Source of the DNA: Candidatus Iainarchaeum sp. | GTDB lineage: Archaea > Iainarchaeota > Iainarchaeia > Iainarchaeales > UBA10219 | Assembly (NCBI GenBank): GCA_018304425.1 | Contig: JAGVWE010000002.1 | Location: 256,001 to 320,000 of the forward strand | Length of the DNA: 64,000 nucleotides | Reading direction: 5' to 3' | Shown: positions 18,175 through 27,134 of the stretch, piece by piece | Layout of the letters: each line of letters starts with the position of its first letter | How positions within the stretch are numbered: position 1 is the first letter of the stretch | Translations under genes and position numbers: made by a program | Notes under the pieces: model-generated | Database searches by the model: none | The model's input: the letters and a program-made list of their open reading frames with translations, nothing else | What the model was told of the DNA's origin: nothing

Positions 18175-19719
18175 TCAGGGCCGGGAGACCCCGAACCCGT
18201 GGTTTAACTCCAGGGCCGGGAGGGGCAAGCGGTGTTGCAGGGAGAAGTCTTTGACCAAGGCCCAGGGGCTTTCATGGCAGAAGAAGGCCCTCGAATGCCG
18301 GGAACCCAGCCATTTGCCGCCGCGGGCCAACGCAAATTCCTTGAACTGGTTAATGGCAAGGGCTTGAATGGCTTCCAGGGAAGCGGCCAGGGCCTCGAAG
18401 TAGAAGGCCGAGCGCTTGTCCGTTAACTGCCGGGGGATGCCGGCCAAGAGGTCGGACAGGCAGCTCCTTGCCTGGCTCAAGTAATAGTAGTCGGGTTTGG
18501 CGGCCAAAGCGGTTTGCGCGGCCAGCTTGTTCTCGGAGAGCGTTTTTTGCTCGAGCCCGGAAAGGGCCTGGGCAAGCGAGGCCTCTAAGCGGGAGAGCCG
18601 CGCGAGTTCCTGGGCGAGGCCGGAAGGGGCACGCGTGCAATGCCATTTCAGGGAAGCCTCTTTTTCGGCCAACATGGCTTTGCCGTGCCGGACGAGTTCG
18701 AAGGCGTCGGGCAGGGGAACGGCGTCCACCTGGTTCCTGGAAAAGGGGCCGATGGGCAGGGTGTGGAGGGAGGACTCGAGCTTGAAGCGCAACCGGTTTT
18801 CCTTGCCAGGCCTGGCGGCATGGAACCGGTTGGCGAAGGCCTCGCTGACGGACTGGAAGTAAAAAAAGTCCGCCTGGAACCGCACGAAGACCAGGGAATC
18901 CGGCAAGAGGTTTTTGGCTGCAATGTTCTCCGGCATGCAGCACGGGCATTGAAGGGTGTCCGGGCCCAGGTTGTAGTGGGCAGGCAACAGGAGTTTGGCC
19001 AGGGTGTTCGAGAAATTGAGCCCACTGGATTCCTCCAGGGAAGACGACCAGGGCCAGGCCTTTTTTTCGGCGGAAAAATCGGGGCCCCGGTTCCTGGTTG
19101 GAAGCCCGGCCCGGAAGAAAGCGTTTTGGAGGAACAGTTCCGCGGCCTGACTGGCGGAGTCCGGTGCCTCGGTTGGGGGAATTGCCAGCAGGTTCGCGTA
19201 CGCGATTTTTTTGGCGAACCCGGCAGCGGTTTCGGTGTGGGCTGCGCTTCGGAGGAGTTCCGAGAGTTCCACGGAAACGGGGCTGGAAAGGAAGTCCAGG
19301 CGCGCGCTCGACAGGCCAGGGGCGGGAATTTTTTCGGGCGCGTCCCGGTCGAGGGCGAACGCGTCAAAGTAACTCCAGTCGCTGGAGAGCAGGAACTGCC
19401 TTTCCGGTTCCAGGGGTTTTGCGTCGTACTGGAACATGGAGTCCAGGAGCCTGGAGAGCTTGACCAGGTCCGAGTGCGTGGACGCCTTCACCTCGGCGGC
19501 GAAGCGGTTCACGGTCTTGAATGAAAACTTGGTGGGGCCATACAAGTCCAGGGCCTGCTGCAAGTGATCGGCAGGCAGTTGCTGGCGGTCCACGTAGAGG
19601 CGGGGGAAGAAGGGAAAGGATTTTGCGGACTGTTGTGCGTCATTCGAGAAGAACACGCGCACCGCACGCCGCTTTTCGTCGTATTTTGCCGAAGCTAGGG
19701 CAAGGGCATTGGGAGCCAT
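18175..19719 (-). CDS. Degenerate family-B DNA polymerase homolog (PolB2-like, probably inactive)
   Basis: LNFSNTL...HYNLGPDTLQCPCC resembles motif A plus the NISPET..C.CC block; catalytic aspartates missing. Confidence 0.6.
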   Translation of the reverse strand: MAPNALALASAKYDEKRRAVRVFFSNDAQQSAKSFPFFPRLYVDRQQLPADHLQQALDLYGPTKFSFKTVNRFAAEVKASTHSDLVKLSRLLDSMFQYDAKPLEPERQFLLSSDWSYFDAFALDRDAPEKIPAPGLSSARLDFLSSPVSVELSELLRSAAHTETAAGFAKKIAYANLLAIPPTEAPDSASQAAELFLQNAFFRAGLPTRNRGPDFSAEKKAWPWSSSLEESSGLNFSNTLAKLLLPAHYNLGPDTLQCPCCMPENIAAKNLLPDSLVFVRFQADFFYFQSVSEAFANRFHAARPGKENRLRFKLESSLHTLPIGPFSRNQVDAVPLPDAFELVRHGKAMLAEKEASLKWHCTRAPSGLAQELARLSRLEASLAQALSGLEQKTLSENKLAAQTALAAKPDYYYLSQARSCLSDLLAGIPRQLTDKRSAFYFEALAASLEAIQALAINQFKEFALARGGKWLGSRHSRAFFCHESPWALVKDFSLQHRLPLPALELNHGFGVSRP

Positions 19720-19940
19720 GCAAGAAACAGGTTTCCGGGCTTTTTAAAGGCCCTGGAACAGGGTGGATTTCCGGTGCCAAACCGCGCACGCCGGAAAAGC
19801 CCCTGGGCAGGGTGGGAAGGGCGTATAACGAAAAAACGTTTCCGCAGCGGAAAAAAGTAGAACAAGCCCTGAAGAGAATCAGGGCCTGCGCAAATAGGTT
19901 GATGGAAAAAAATGCTGATGACTTTCATCCATGAATTCAG

Positions 19941-19988
19941 TCAGCGCTTTCTCTTGGCTTTCTTCTTAGTAGTCTTTTTCTTTGCCAT
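19941..19988 (-). CDS. 15-aa Lys-rich micropeptide MAKKKTTKKKAKRKR
   Basis: AGGGGG RBS-like sequence before ATG; TTAAATAT box upstream (~20036-20043). Confidence 0.5.
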   Translation of the reverse strand: MAKKKTTKKKAKRKR

Positions 19989-20092
19989 GTAAAACCCCCT
20001 TAGCGGTTTAACTACGTGCTATTAAGTGTGTTCTTATATTTAAGCGTTGGCTTTGACGGAAAAACAGCACAAAAAAAATTTTAGCGGAAAAA

Positions 20093-21646
20093 TTACAGGA
20101 ATTCCTCGGCCTCGTCGAGGCGCGCGTCCTTTTTTTCCTCGAAATCGAGCGCTGCCTTTTCGAGCGGCACCTCGTGCCTCGACTCCATGGAAACGCGTTT
20201 GCGCACGCGGAAAAAGACCGGGTAGTTGACGGCCTCGCCGATCATCAGGGCCTCGCCCACGCGAAGCGAGGTAATCATGTCAAGGCTGCGCCGGTCCAAG
20301 CCTTCGGCGGACTTGCCGATGTGGTCCAGGTCATAGGGGTTGGTGACGCGCAGGATGATTTGGGTACCGCACTGGGACAGGGTGGTCGTGTCCAACTGGA
20401 TGGGGCGCTGGCTGATGAGGACCAGGGAGGCCCCGAATTTCCTTCCCTCCCGGGCAATGGTGCGCATGATGCTCCGGGAAATCGCGCCCTCCCGGGAAAC
20501 CTTTTCCGGGATGAACTGGTGCGCTTCCTCGAGGACCAAGGCGAATGGGGGAATTTTCTTGGCGCGGCGGTCGGAAAACATCTTCTGCGCGAAATAAGCC
20601 ACGATGATCTGCTTCTTCCGCAAGTCAATGACCTCGCTCAAGTCGATGACGGTCAGGACTCCAGGTTCGACGATGTCGTAGAGCGAGGGGTTGTCCGTGC
20701 GGTCGAACAAGTGGAGTTCCTCGAGGCTCAGGATCCAGCTCATGAGGACCTTGCGCGTGGCCTCGTTGATTTCCTCGTCCTTCACGATTTCGGCCTGCAG
20801 GGTGGAGAGGTTGAAGGGCTCCATGCCGTTGCGGAGTTCGCGCCGCAACCGGTTCAGGACGCGTTCGAGGTCGCGTTTCTGGGGCGTGCTCAGGCCCGGA
20901 ATGATGTTGGCAATGAGGCCGATGTTGAGTTTCGGGACGCCGATGCGGACATCCCTTGCCTTGACGAGCTTCGTTTGCGTGGAATAATCGGTGAACTCCT
21001 TTTTCGTGGCCTGCTCCGCGAAACTCGTGTACTCGCCGTGCGCGTCCAAGACCACGACGGCCAGCCTGCCCTGTTCTTTCCTCCGGTTCAGGAGTTCCTC
21101 GAAGAGCACGGAGACCAGGTAACTCTTGCCCGCCCCGGACATGGCGAGGATGGCCAGGTGCTTCTGCAGGAGCCTGGAAAGCGGCAACCGGACCAGCAGG
21201 TCATGGAATTCCACGGAGCCCAGGAAGAGTCCGTCCTCGGCAAAGCCCAGGAAGCTCTTCAAGGTGTTGGCATTCGCTATCCGCACCTTGGTGCCGGGAC
21301 TCGGCGGAAAGGTCGGCCGCTTGAGTTGGCTGCCCGCGTAAACCCCCAGCGGCCGCGTCCGTGCAAGAAGATATTCCCATTCGCTGGTCGGGAACTGGTC
21401 GAAGAGCTTTTTGCCCGATGCCTCGAATTCCTTGACGGACTCCGCGCGCTCGAAGTAGCGGTTGGTTTTCACGACGTCGTTGACCAGGGCGACGAGCGTT
21501 CCCTCCGAGTAATCCATTTCCACGAACTGACCGCGGTGCACGACTCCCTCGTTGACGACGAAGTCAACCGAGGAAGGGCTGGGCCCCTCCGGAGTCGAAA
21601 CGATGGTGCCGATGTCTTCTTTGCCGAGGTCTTCTTTCATGTACAT
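20093..21646 (-). CDS. herA: HerA helicase/ATPase
   Basis: HLAILAMSGAGKS, DAHGEY, LEEAH, IAREGRKFG, SQRP; follows nurA. Confidence 0.95.
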   Translation of the reverse strand: MYMKEDLGKEDIGTIVSTPEGPSPSSVDFVVNEGVVHRGQFVEMDYSEGTLVALVNDVVKTNRYFERAESVKEFEASGKKLFDQFPTSEWEYLLARTRPLGVYAGSQLKRPTFPPSPGTKVRIANANTLKSFLGFAEDGLFLGSVEFHDLLVRLPLSRLLQKHLAILAMSGAGKSYLVSVLFEELLNRRKEQGRLAVVVLDAHGEYTSFAEQATKKEFTDYSTQTKLVKARDVRIGVPKLNIGLIANIIPGLSTPQKRDLERVLNRLRRELRNGMEPFNLSTLQAEIVKDEEINEATRKVLMSWILSLEELHLFDRTDNPSLYDIVEPGVLTVIDLSEVIDLRKKQIIVAYFAQKMFSDRRAKKIPPFALVLEEAHQFIPEKVSREGAISRSIMRTIAREGRKFGASLVLISQRPIQLDTTTLSQCGTQIILRVTNPYDLDHIGKSAEGLDRRSLDMITSLRVGEALMIGEAVNYPVFFRVRKRVSMESRHEVPLEKAALDFEEKKDARLDEAEEFL

Positions 21647-21648
21647 CC

Positions 21649-22728
21649 CTAGAATGGCCGGTTCTCACGGCGCATGCGGAGCTTGACGCTCTTGCCGAGC
21701 TTGTCAAAGATCTTGTTGTAAACAATATTTATTTCCTCGGGTTTGAGCCGGGCACGCAAATCCGCCTCGATGAGGACGCTCGGATAGGCGTACTCACGGT
21801 GCAGCGAGGAAAGCGAGTGGACTACCGACGCGATTTGGTCCACGTTCCGGGAAAGCGAGGGACCGCGGCGGATGAATTCCACGCGCAGGGGCCGGTCGTA
21901 GTCGGAGGGCTTCAAATAGAAGGCGTAAATGTTTTTGCTCCATTTTTCGTCGAAGTCCATGAGGATGGGGTGCTCGTCGATGCTCTTGGAGTAGGGGAAG
22001 GCGAGGCTGCGCTCGCCCCTGCGGAGGAGGTGCTCGAGCAGGCCCGAATCGTAGACGTTTTCGAGGCGCGCGGGGTCGAGGACGGGATGCTTGGGCAGCA
22101 CTTCTTCTTGGAGGATTTGCCTGAACCGGCTGCCCCTCGAGTCCTCAACCGTTGCCACCAGCGTGGAACCGCATTGTTCGGCGAGCGCGTAGAGGGACTG
22201 GAAGTGGTCGAGCAGGCCGTGGTAGAGTTCGTTGACCTTGGAGTCCTTGCGGGGCTTGTCCAGGTACTGGGGAATGATGGAACCGTCCAGGAAAAGGAAT
22301 GCGGGGCTGAATTGGGTGAGGAGCTGCTTGGCTGCATTGATTTCCTCGCGGAGGCGGAGCAGGCTCTTCGAGCAACTGAATTCGTCGAAGTCCAGGGCGT
22401 GGTTGGAGAGGTGGGGCAGGGGAAAGTGGTAATAACCCGGGTAATAGGCCGAGTCAACGACTTTGCCATCCGCGTACTCGAATATGACTCCCGCCGCGCG
22501 GATTAACACCAGGTCAATGGAGTGAATGCTTTTCTCGACGAAGCCCGAGTCCACGCCCCCAATTTTCCCGGTCAACAGGAACGGGGACACGGGGTAAACG
22601 AGCTGGTCTTCGTGGAGGCCCAGGCTTTTTCGGGCAAGCGGTTTCAAGGCAGCGGCAATGGATTTCCTGGTTTGCTCGTTGCCGTGGATGCAGGAAACGG
22701 CTTCGTTGATGGCTTCATGGATGAACAT
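21649..22728 (-). CDS. nurA: NurA nuclease
   Basis: GVDSG, FLDGSI, YPSVLIEAD. Confidence 0.92.
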   Translation of the reverse strand: MFIHEAINEAVSCIHGNEQTRKSIAAALKPLARKSLGLHEDQLVYPVSPFLLTGKIGGVDSGFVEKSIHSIDLVLIRAAGVIFEYADGKVVDSAYYPGYYHFPLPHLSNHALDFDEFSCSKSLLRLREEINAAKQLLTQFSPAFLFLDGSIIPQYLDKPRKDSKVNELYHGLLDHFQSLYALAEQCGSTLVATVEDSRGSRFRQILQEEVLPKHPVLDPARLENVYDSGLLEHLLRRGERSLAFPYSKSIDEHPILMDFDEKWSKNIYAFYLKPSDYDRPLRVEFIRRGPSLSRNVDQIASVVHSLSSLHREYAYPSVLIEADLRARLKPEEINIVYNKIFDKLGKSVKLRMRRENRPF

Positions 22729-22929
22729 CAGATGGAATGGGTTTCAAGGCTTTTTAAGGGTTTGGAGACCCCGGATTTCCGCTGCCAACCGGAAAAAGCG
22801 CGGGCACCCAAAAACCAGGAATGCCTTGGAAGGCGCTAAAAGGGGGCAGCCAGGCATTTCTTTATAATTGTTTGTTCTTATTCTATAATAACGGATTGCC
22901 TAAGCAAGGCAATTAAAGGGAGGGTTTGA

Positions 22930-23847
22930 ATGAAGACGAATCTGGCGCAACTTGCGATAACCGCGTTGCTGCTTCTCAGCATTGCCAGCATGGCCTCGGC
23001 CAGGGAATTTGTCCAGACGGACAAGGACATCTGGGGCGGCTTCTGGGCGGTAGTCAACGAGAAACCATATTGTAGAATCTATCAATGGGTGTTCAAGCCA
23101 TACATGGAGGGAACGCTCGCATCGACCTCGATGAAAGCCTTCGGCGAAGAGAACGCCATCAGGTACCGGGGAATCGAGAGCTGCTTTGCCGGCTTGAAAG
23201 GCAACGTGACCACGGCAGAAGTCGTCCGCACCGAGCCAACCTTTGAAGGCGAGCGGAACGCCGAGGAACCGGCGGCGAAAAACTATGAGACCGCGCCCAA
23301 CCGGGAAGCCCGGATGCAGGAAGTCAAGGCCCGCTATTACGGCCGGAGAAACGAAGCCGGCGCGAGAGTGGCCATCCGCAGAGGCGAAATCAAGGGCGAA
23401 TTCATTGCCCCCAACTTCAACTCGCTGGATGATGTCTCCAACTACCGGGACCAGATCATCAACGGAACCTATGCGGCCAGGCCCTGGGTAAGATACTACG
23501 CGCAGAGCTGCAACAAGTATCCCCTGGAAGCCATGGTGGAAGTCGCGAAGACCGGCACCACCAGCTACATGTCCGTAACCGATACCCAGCGCAGCATCCA
23601 CGAGTTCACGACCTGTTTCAAGGAACTCATTGATGACGTGCTCGCTGCCACCGGGCAGACGCAGCTGGTCATCACGCGGGGCGTTACCTCGGGCGTGAAA
23701 GGCGAAGTCTCCATACCGGTTTCAGTGGCTGCAAAGGCAACCAACTATCCACCGGCGTGCACCAAGAAGTACATGATGCGCTGGATAGACCACTGCGTTG
23801 GCACGGGACAGTGCCCGACCGGCATGAAGCAGGCCTGCGGTCTGTGA
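22930..23847 (+). CDS. Secreted Cys-containing protein, paralog of 24661-25464
   Basis: Signal peptide, GGAGG RBS, shared CxKxxxDxVLAA motif. Confidence 0.8.
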   Translation: MKTNLAQLAITALLLLSIASMASAREFVQTDKDIWGGFWAVVNEKPYCRIYQWVFKPYMEGTLASTSMKAFGEENAIRYRGIESCFAGLKGNVTTAEVVRTEPTFEGERNAEEPAAKNYETAPNREARMQEVKARYYGRRNEAGARVAIRRGEIKGEFIAPNFNSLDDVSNYRDQIINGTYAARPWVRYYAQSCNKYPLEAMVEVAKTGTTSYMSVTDTQRSIHEFTTCFKELIDDVLAATGQTQLVITRGVTSGVKGEVSIPVSVAAKATNYPPACTKKYMMRWIDHCVGTGQCPTGMKQACGL

Positions 23848-23873
23848 ACGGCTAGGGGAGCAAACCCTCCCAT

Positions 23874-23908
23874 GCCCCCTTTTCCGGGGGGGCCTCTTTT
23901 TCTTTTTT
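23874..23908 (+). terminator. Hairpin plus T-tract terminator
   Basis: GC-rich stem followed by TCTTTTTCTTTTTT. Confidence 0.55.
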
Positions 23909-23915
23909 GAACGCG

Positions 23916-24059
23916 GCCAGCCGCCCGGCTAATGGCAAGCCTATGGCCCAGTCGAGCCCCAAAGGAGTCTACCGGCTGACTGGGCAAGGCCTACCGTCCC
24001 ACCGAGCCATCAGCGAGGTGGGACACGTCCACAGACGCCAGCCGGCTGTGGCGGCTGGT
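23916..24059 (-). ncRNA. Candidate Y-shaped structured RNA
   Basis: Long closing helix plus two apical hairpins; GU pairs favour the minus strand. Confidence 0.4.
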
Positions 24060-24173
24060 ATGGAATCCGAAAAAATGGGCGCATAACCTTGGGAATTCAA
24101 ACCCGCAACCCTTAATATGCGGCCCCGCTTATTTAGTGTGCGCTCCCATGAGGGGCCATTCAGAGGGATAACC

Positions 24174-24551
24174 ATGAAGGCATTGTTTGAAGTCAAGGAA
24201 ATCGTGAACGACTGGGCGCCGCCCTTCCAGAAAAAGGTGTCGCTGGCCGAGTACGTGGTCAACGAGGCCGAGGGTTTCAGCCAATTCGATGGAACCAATG
24301 AAACCGTTTTCCGGCTCCTGACGGTGAGGAACGGCAACGCGTTGGTGGAATACAATAACGCGTTCACCTTGAAGGGACACGAGCACCCCCAGAACCACCA
24401 GGTGTGGGTTTCACGCAACCAACCCATCAGCTTCACGTTCTTGTGGGGCGAAAAGGGTGTGACTAAAACCCTGCTGTTGAAAGACGTCGGGGTCAGCGAA
24501 CAGGTTGCCCAGACAGCCGAGGAAACCGCCGCGGCAACCGGCCCCAACTGA
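24174..24551 (+). CDS. Hypothetical protein
   Basis: 125-aa ORF with GAGGG RBS. Confidence 0.7.
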   Translation: MKALFEVKEIVNDWAPPFQKKVSLAEYVVNEAEGFSQFDGTNETVFRLLTVRNGNALVEYNNAFTLKGHEHPQNHQVWVSRNQPISFTFLWGEKGVTKTLLLKDVGVSEQVAQTAEETAAATGPN

Positions 24552-24660
24552 TTCTCTCCGCTTTGCTGGCTGCCGGGCACGGCACGACATAGATATATAT
24601 AAATAAGGGTGGGAAAAGAATTGGTTTAACGTCTCCTTAGCGGGGCGTGGGGGTAATGAG

Positions 24661-25464
24661 ATGAAGCTTGCACTGTTGTTGGTGGTTGGATTTTTGTTGC
24701 TGGCCTTGGCCGGACAAGCCCTGGCAAGGTCCTCGTTCGAAGAAAAGCAGGTTGTGAACGCCGAGACCTGGAAATACGTCAAGGACCGCATGCAGGCCAT
24801 GCCCAAATGCGCCCTCTGGAGTTCGTTGATCGAGGAAACCGTGGCCTCGGGCAAGGTGCCCAACCTCCGGGAATACCATGCCACGCGAAACTACACCTTT
24901 GAAAAGTGCTTCCCCGACGTGGCCATGAACCTTGGAATAGTGTCGGGCATGGAAGAAAAAGCCAAACCCATTTCCGAGAAAAAGTCTGCCGCCGTGGAAC
25001 GCGACAAGAAAACCCTGGAACGCGTCAACGTGCCCAAGCGGGTGCCGGCCGGCCAGTACGCGGAAGGCCTCACCGAAGCCGAACTGGTCGCGGCCAGGGA
25101 AGCCATTGCGCATGACAACATCAGGGGAGAAAAGTGCAAGCGCATCTCATTCGGTGACCTGGACCGGCTCGCGCGGGGCAACCTCGACGTCCTGATTCCG
25201 GGGCCGAGGTCGCTGAGACCCTTGTTCCTCTACTGCTACAAGGGCGTGGTCGACAAGGTGTTGGCGGCCATGGGCGGAAACGTCGAGGTCATGGCGGGAA
25301 CGACTTCGAGCACCATCCCCGAGATCGTGAAAAAGATCAGCGTTGAAGCCCCAACCATGGCTCCAACGGCAACCGGGGTCTGCGCGAAGTACACGCGCCG
25401 CCAGATAGCGGACGCCTGCAAGTTCAAGCGGGGCGACAAGCGCATCCTGGTAAACTGCTGCTAA
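24661..25464 (+). CDS. Secreted Cys-containing protein, paralog of 22930-23847
   Basis: Signal peptide, shared motif, Cys-rich tail. Confidence 0.8.
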   Translation: MKLALLLVVGFLLLALAGQALARSSFEEKQVVNAETWKYVKDRMQAMPKCALWSSLIEETVASGKVPNLREYHATRNYTFEKCFPDVAMNLGIVSGMEEKAKPISEKKSAAVERDKKTLERVNVPKRVPAGQYAEGLTEAELVAAREAIAHDNIRGEKCKRISFGDLDRLARGNLDVLIPGPRSLRPLFLYCYKGVVDKVLAAMGGNVEVMAGTTSSTIPEIVKKISVEAPTMAPTATGVCAKYTRRQIADACKFKRGDKRILVNCC

Positions 25465-25528
25465 GGCCTTTTGGCGGCGTTTGCCGCCAGCCTTCTTTCT
25501 TTCGGATTTTGAGTTGGGGGAAACGGGT

Positions 25529-25879
25529 ATGGAGTACAAGCAGGTCATCGTCGTGCGGGCAGACCTCAAACTGGGCAAGGGCAAGCTCGCGGCACAGGCC
25601 GCGCACGCTTCCCTGGAAGCCTACCGGAAGGCAGAGCAACGGGAAGGGGAAGCCGTGCGGGCCTGGCTGGCCGGCGGCGCCCAGAAAGTCGTGGTGAAAG
25701 TGGGTTCGGAAAAGGAGTTGCTGGAATTGTTTGAAAGCGTGCGGAAACGGTTTCCCGCGGCCCTGATTGTGGACGCGGGGCACACCCAGGTGGAGCCGGG
25801 CACGAAAACCTGCGTGGGCATCGGGCCGGCCGAGGAACGGGAACTCGACAAGTTCACGGCACAGTTGAAGTTATTGTAA
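25529..25879 (+). CDS. pth2: Peptidyl-tRNA hydrolase 2
   Basis: KQVIVVRADL, GKLAAQAAHA, DAGHTQV. Confidence 0.97.
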   Translation: MEYKQVIVVRADLKLGKGKLAAQAAHASLEAYRKAEQREGEAVRAWLAGGAQKVVVKVGSEKELLELFESVRKRFPAALIVDAGHTQVEPGTKTCVGIGPAEERELDKFTAQLKLL

Positions 25880-25892
25880 GGGGTTGACGGAC

Positions 25893-26660
25893 ATGACGGA
25901 AAAAAGTGGGCACTGGTCAAGGGTAGTCAAGGTGGTGGAGCAGGCCGATGTGGTCATGGAAGTGCTGGACGCGCGGTTCCCCGAGCGGACGCGGCACGCC
26001 GGGCTCGAGAGCCTGGCCCGGGAGAAGGGGAAAAAGGTCTTGCTGGTGATGAACAAAGCCGACCTGGTGAAAAAAGAGAAACTCGAAGAGTCCCGGAACA
26101 AGTTGTTGAAGAACTGGCCCTGCCTCTGCGTCTCGGCCAAACAGCATGAGGGCTCGAACGCCTTGTGGGCCGAAATCTCTAGGCTCACCGGTGACCAGGA
26201 GTGCAAGGTCGGCGTATGCGGGTACCCCAACACCGGGAAGAGCTCCATCATCAATTACATGAAGGGCCGGAAGGTGGCCCAGACCTCCATCAAGGCGGGC
26301 TTTACCAAGGGCGAAAAACTGGTGAAGGTCAGCGAAAAAGTGTACTTGATCGACAGCCCGGGAATCATCCCCTACGAGGAACGCGACCAAAACGAGTTGG
26401 TGCTGGTGGGGGCCAAGAACCCCGAACAGGTGTCCGACCCCTTGGGGGCAGCCGAGTACCTGATGGAATTCATCGCCCAGGAAAACCCCAAGGCCTTCGA
26501 GGAATTCTATGGCGTGGGCATCGAAGGCAAGGACTTTGAACGCATCCTCGAAGAAATCGCTTACCGGAAGCGGCGGCTCCGCGTGGGCGGCAACCCGGAC
26601 CTGGACGTCATCAGCCGGATGCTGATCATGGACTGGCAGAAGGGAAGGCTCAAGCTCTAG
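25893..26660 (+). CDS. Circularly permuted GTPase (RbgA/YlqF family)
   Basis: Motif order DARFP, NKAD, GYPNTGKSS, DSPG. Confidence 0.93.
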   Translation: MTEKSGHWSRVVKVVEQADVVMEVLDARFPERTRHAGLESLAREKGKKVLLVMNKADLVKKEKLEESRNKLLKNWPCLCVSAKQHEGSNALWAEISRLTGDQECKVGVCGYPNTGKSSIINYMKGRKVAQTSIKAGFTKGEKLVKVSEKVYLIDSPGIIPYEERDQNELVLVGAKNPEQVSDPLGAAEYLMEFIAQENPKAFEEFYGVGIEGKDFERILEEIAYRKRRLRVGGNPDLDVISRMLIMDWQKGRLKL

Positions 26661-26698
26661 CCCAATATCCTTAAATATTTCCTCAACGTAGTCCTTGT

Positions 26699-27070
26699 AT
26701 GGGCTTGATTGGAACCGCGAGGCGGAAGCTCGGTAATCAATTGGAGCGATTGAGCGAGCGGCGCATGGCGAGACTCGGCAACCGACGCGACAAAAGAATG
26801 GGCACACGAAACCGAACCGGGGGCGAGTTGACGAAAGCGCTTCACGATTTGGCGGCAGCCCGCGGCTGGCGCGAAGGACGTGGCAGGCAGCAGACCGACT
26901 ATGGAATGGCCCGCGAGACCGCGGCTGCGGCCGGCAAAGTGCGAAAGGCCGCCAAAGCCCATGCACGCGCCATTCGCCGCGACGACCGGGATGTGCACAG
27001 GTACCGGCGCATCCGAAAAAGACATGCCAGCGGCTGGATTGGCCAGAGCATCCGGTGGCTGCAGAAATGA
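26699..27070 (+). CDS. Very Arg-rich orphan protein
   Basis: ATG about 28 nt after TTAAATAT. Confidence 0.5.
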   Translation: MGLIGTARRKLGNQLERLSERRMARLGNRRDKRMGTRNRTGGELTKALHDLAAARGWREGRGRQQTDYGMARETAAAAGKVRKAAKAHARAIRRDDRDVHRYRRIRKRHASGWIGQSIRWLQK

Positions 27071-27134
27071 GCCCAGCCAAGCCCCTGGCCTAGTCAGAGG
27101 CGGGGCTACTTTTAAATACCTCTAATCCCTACTA

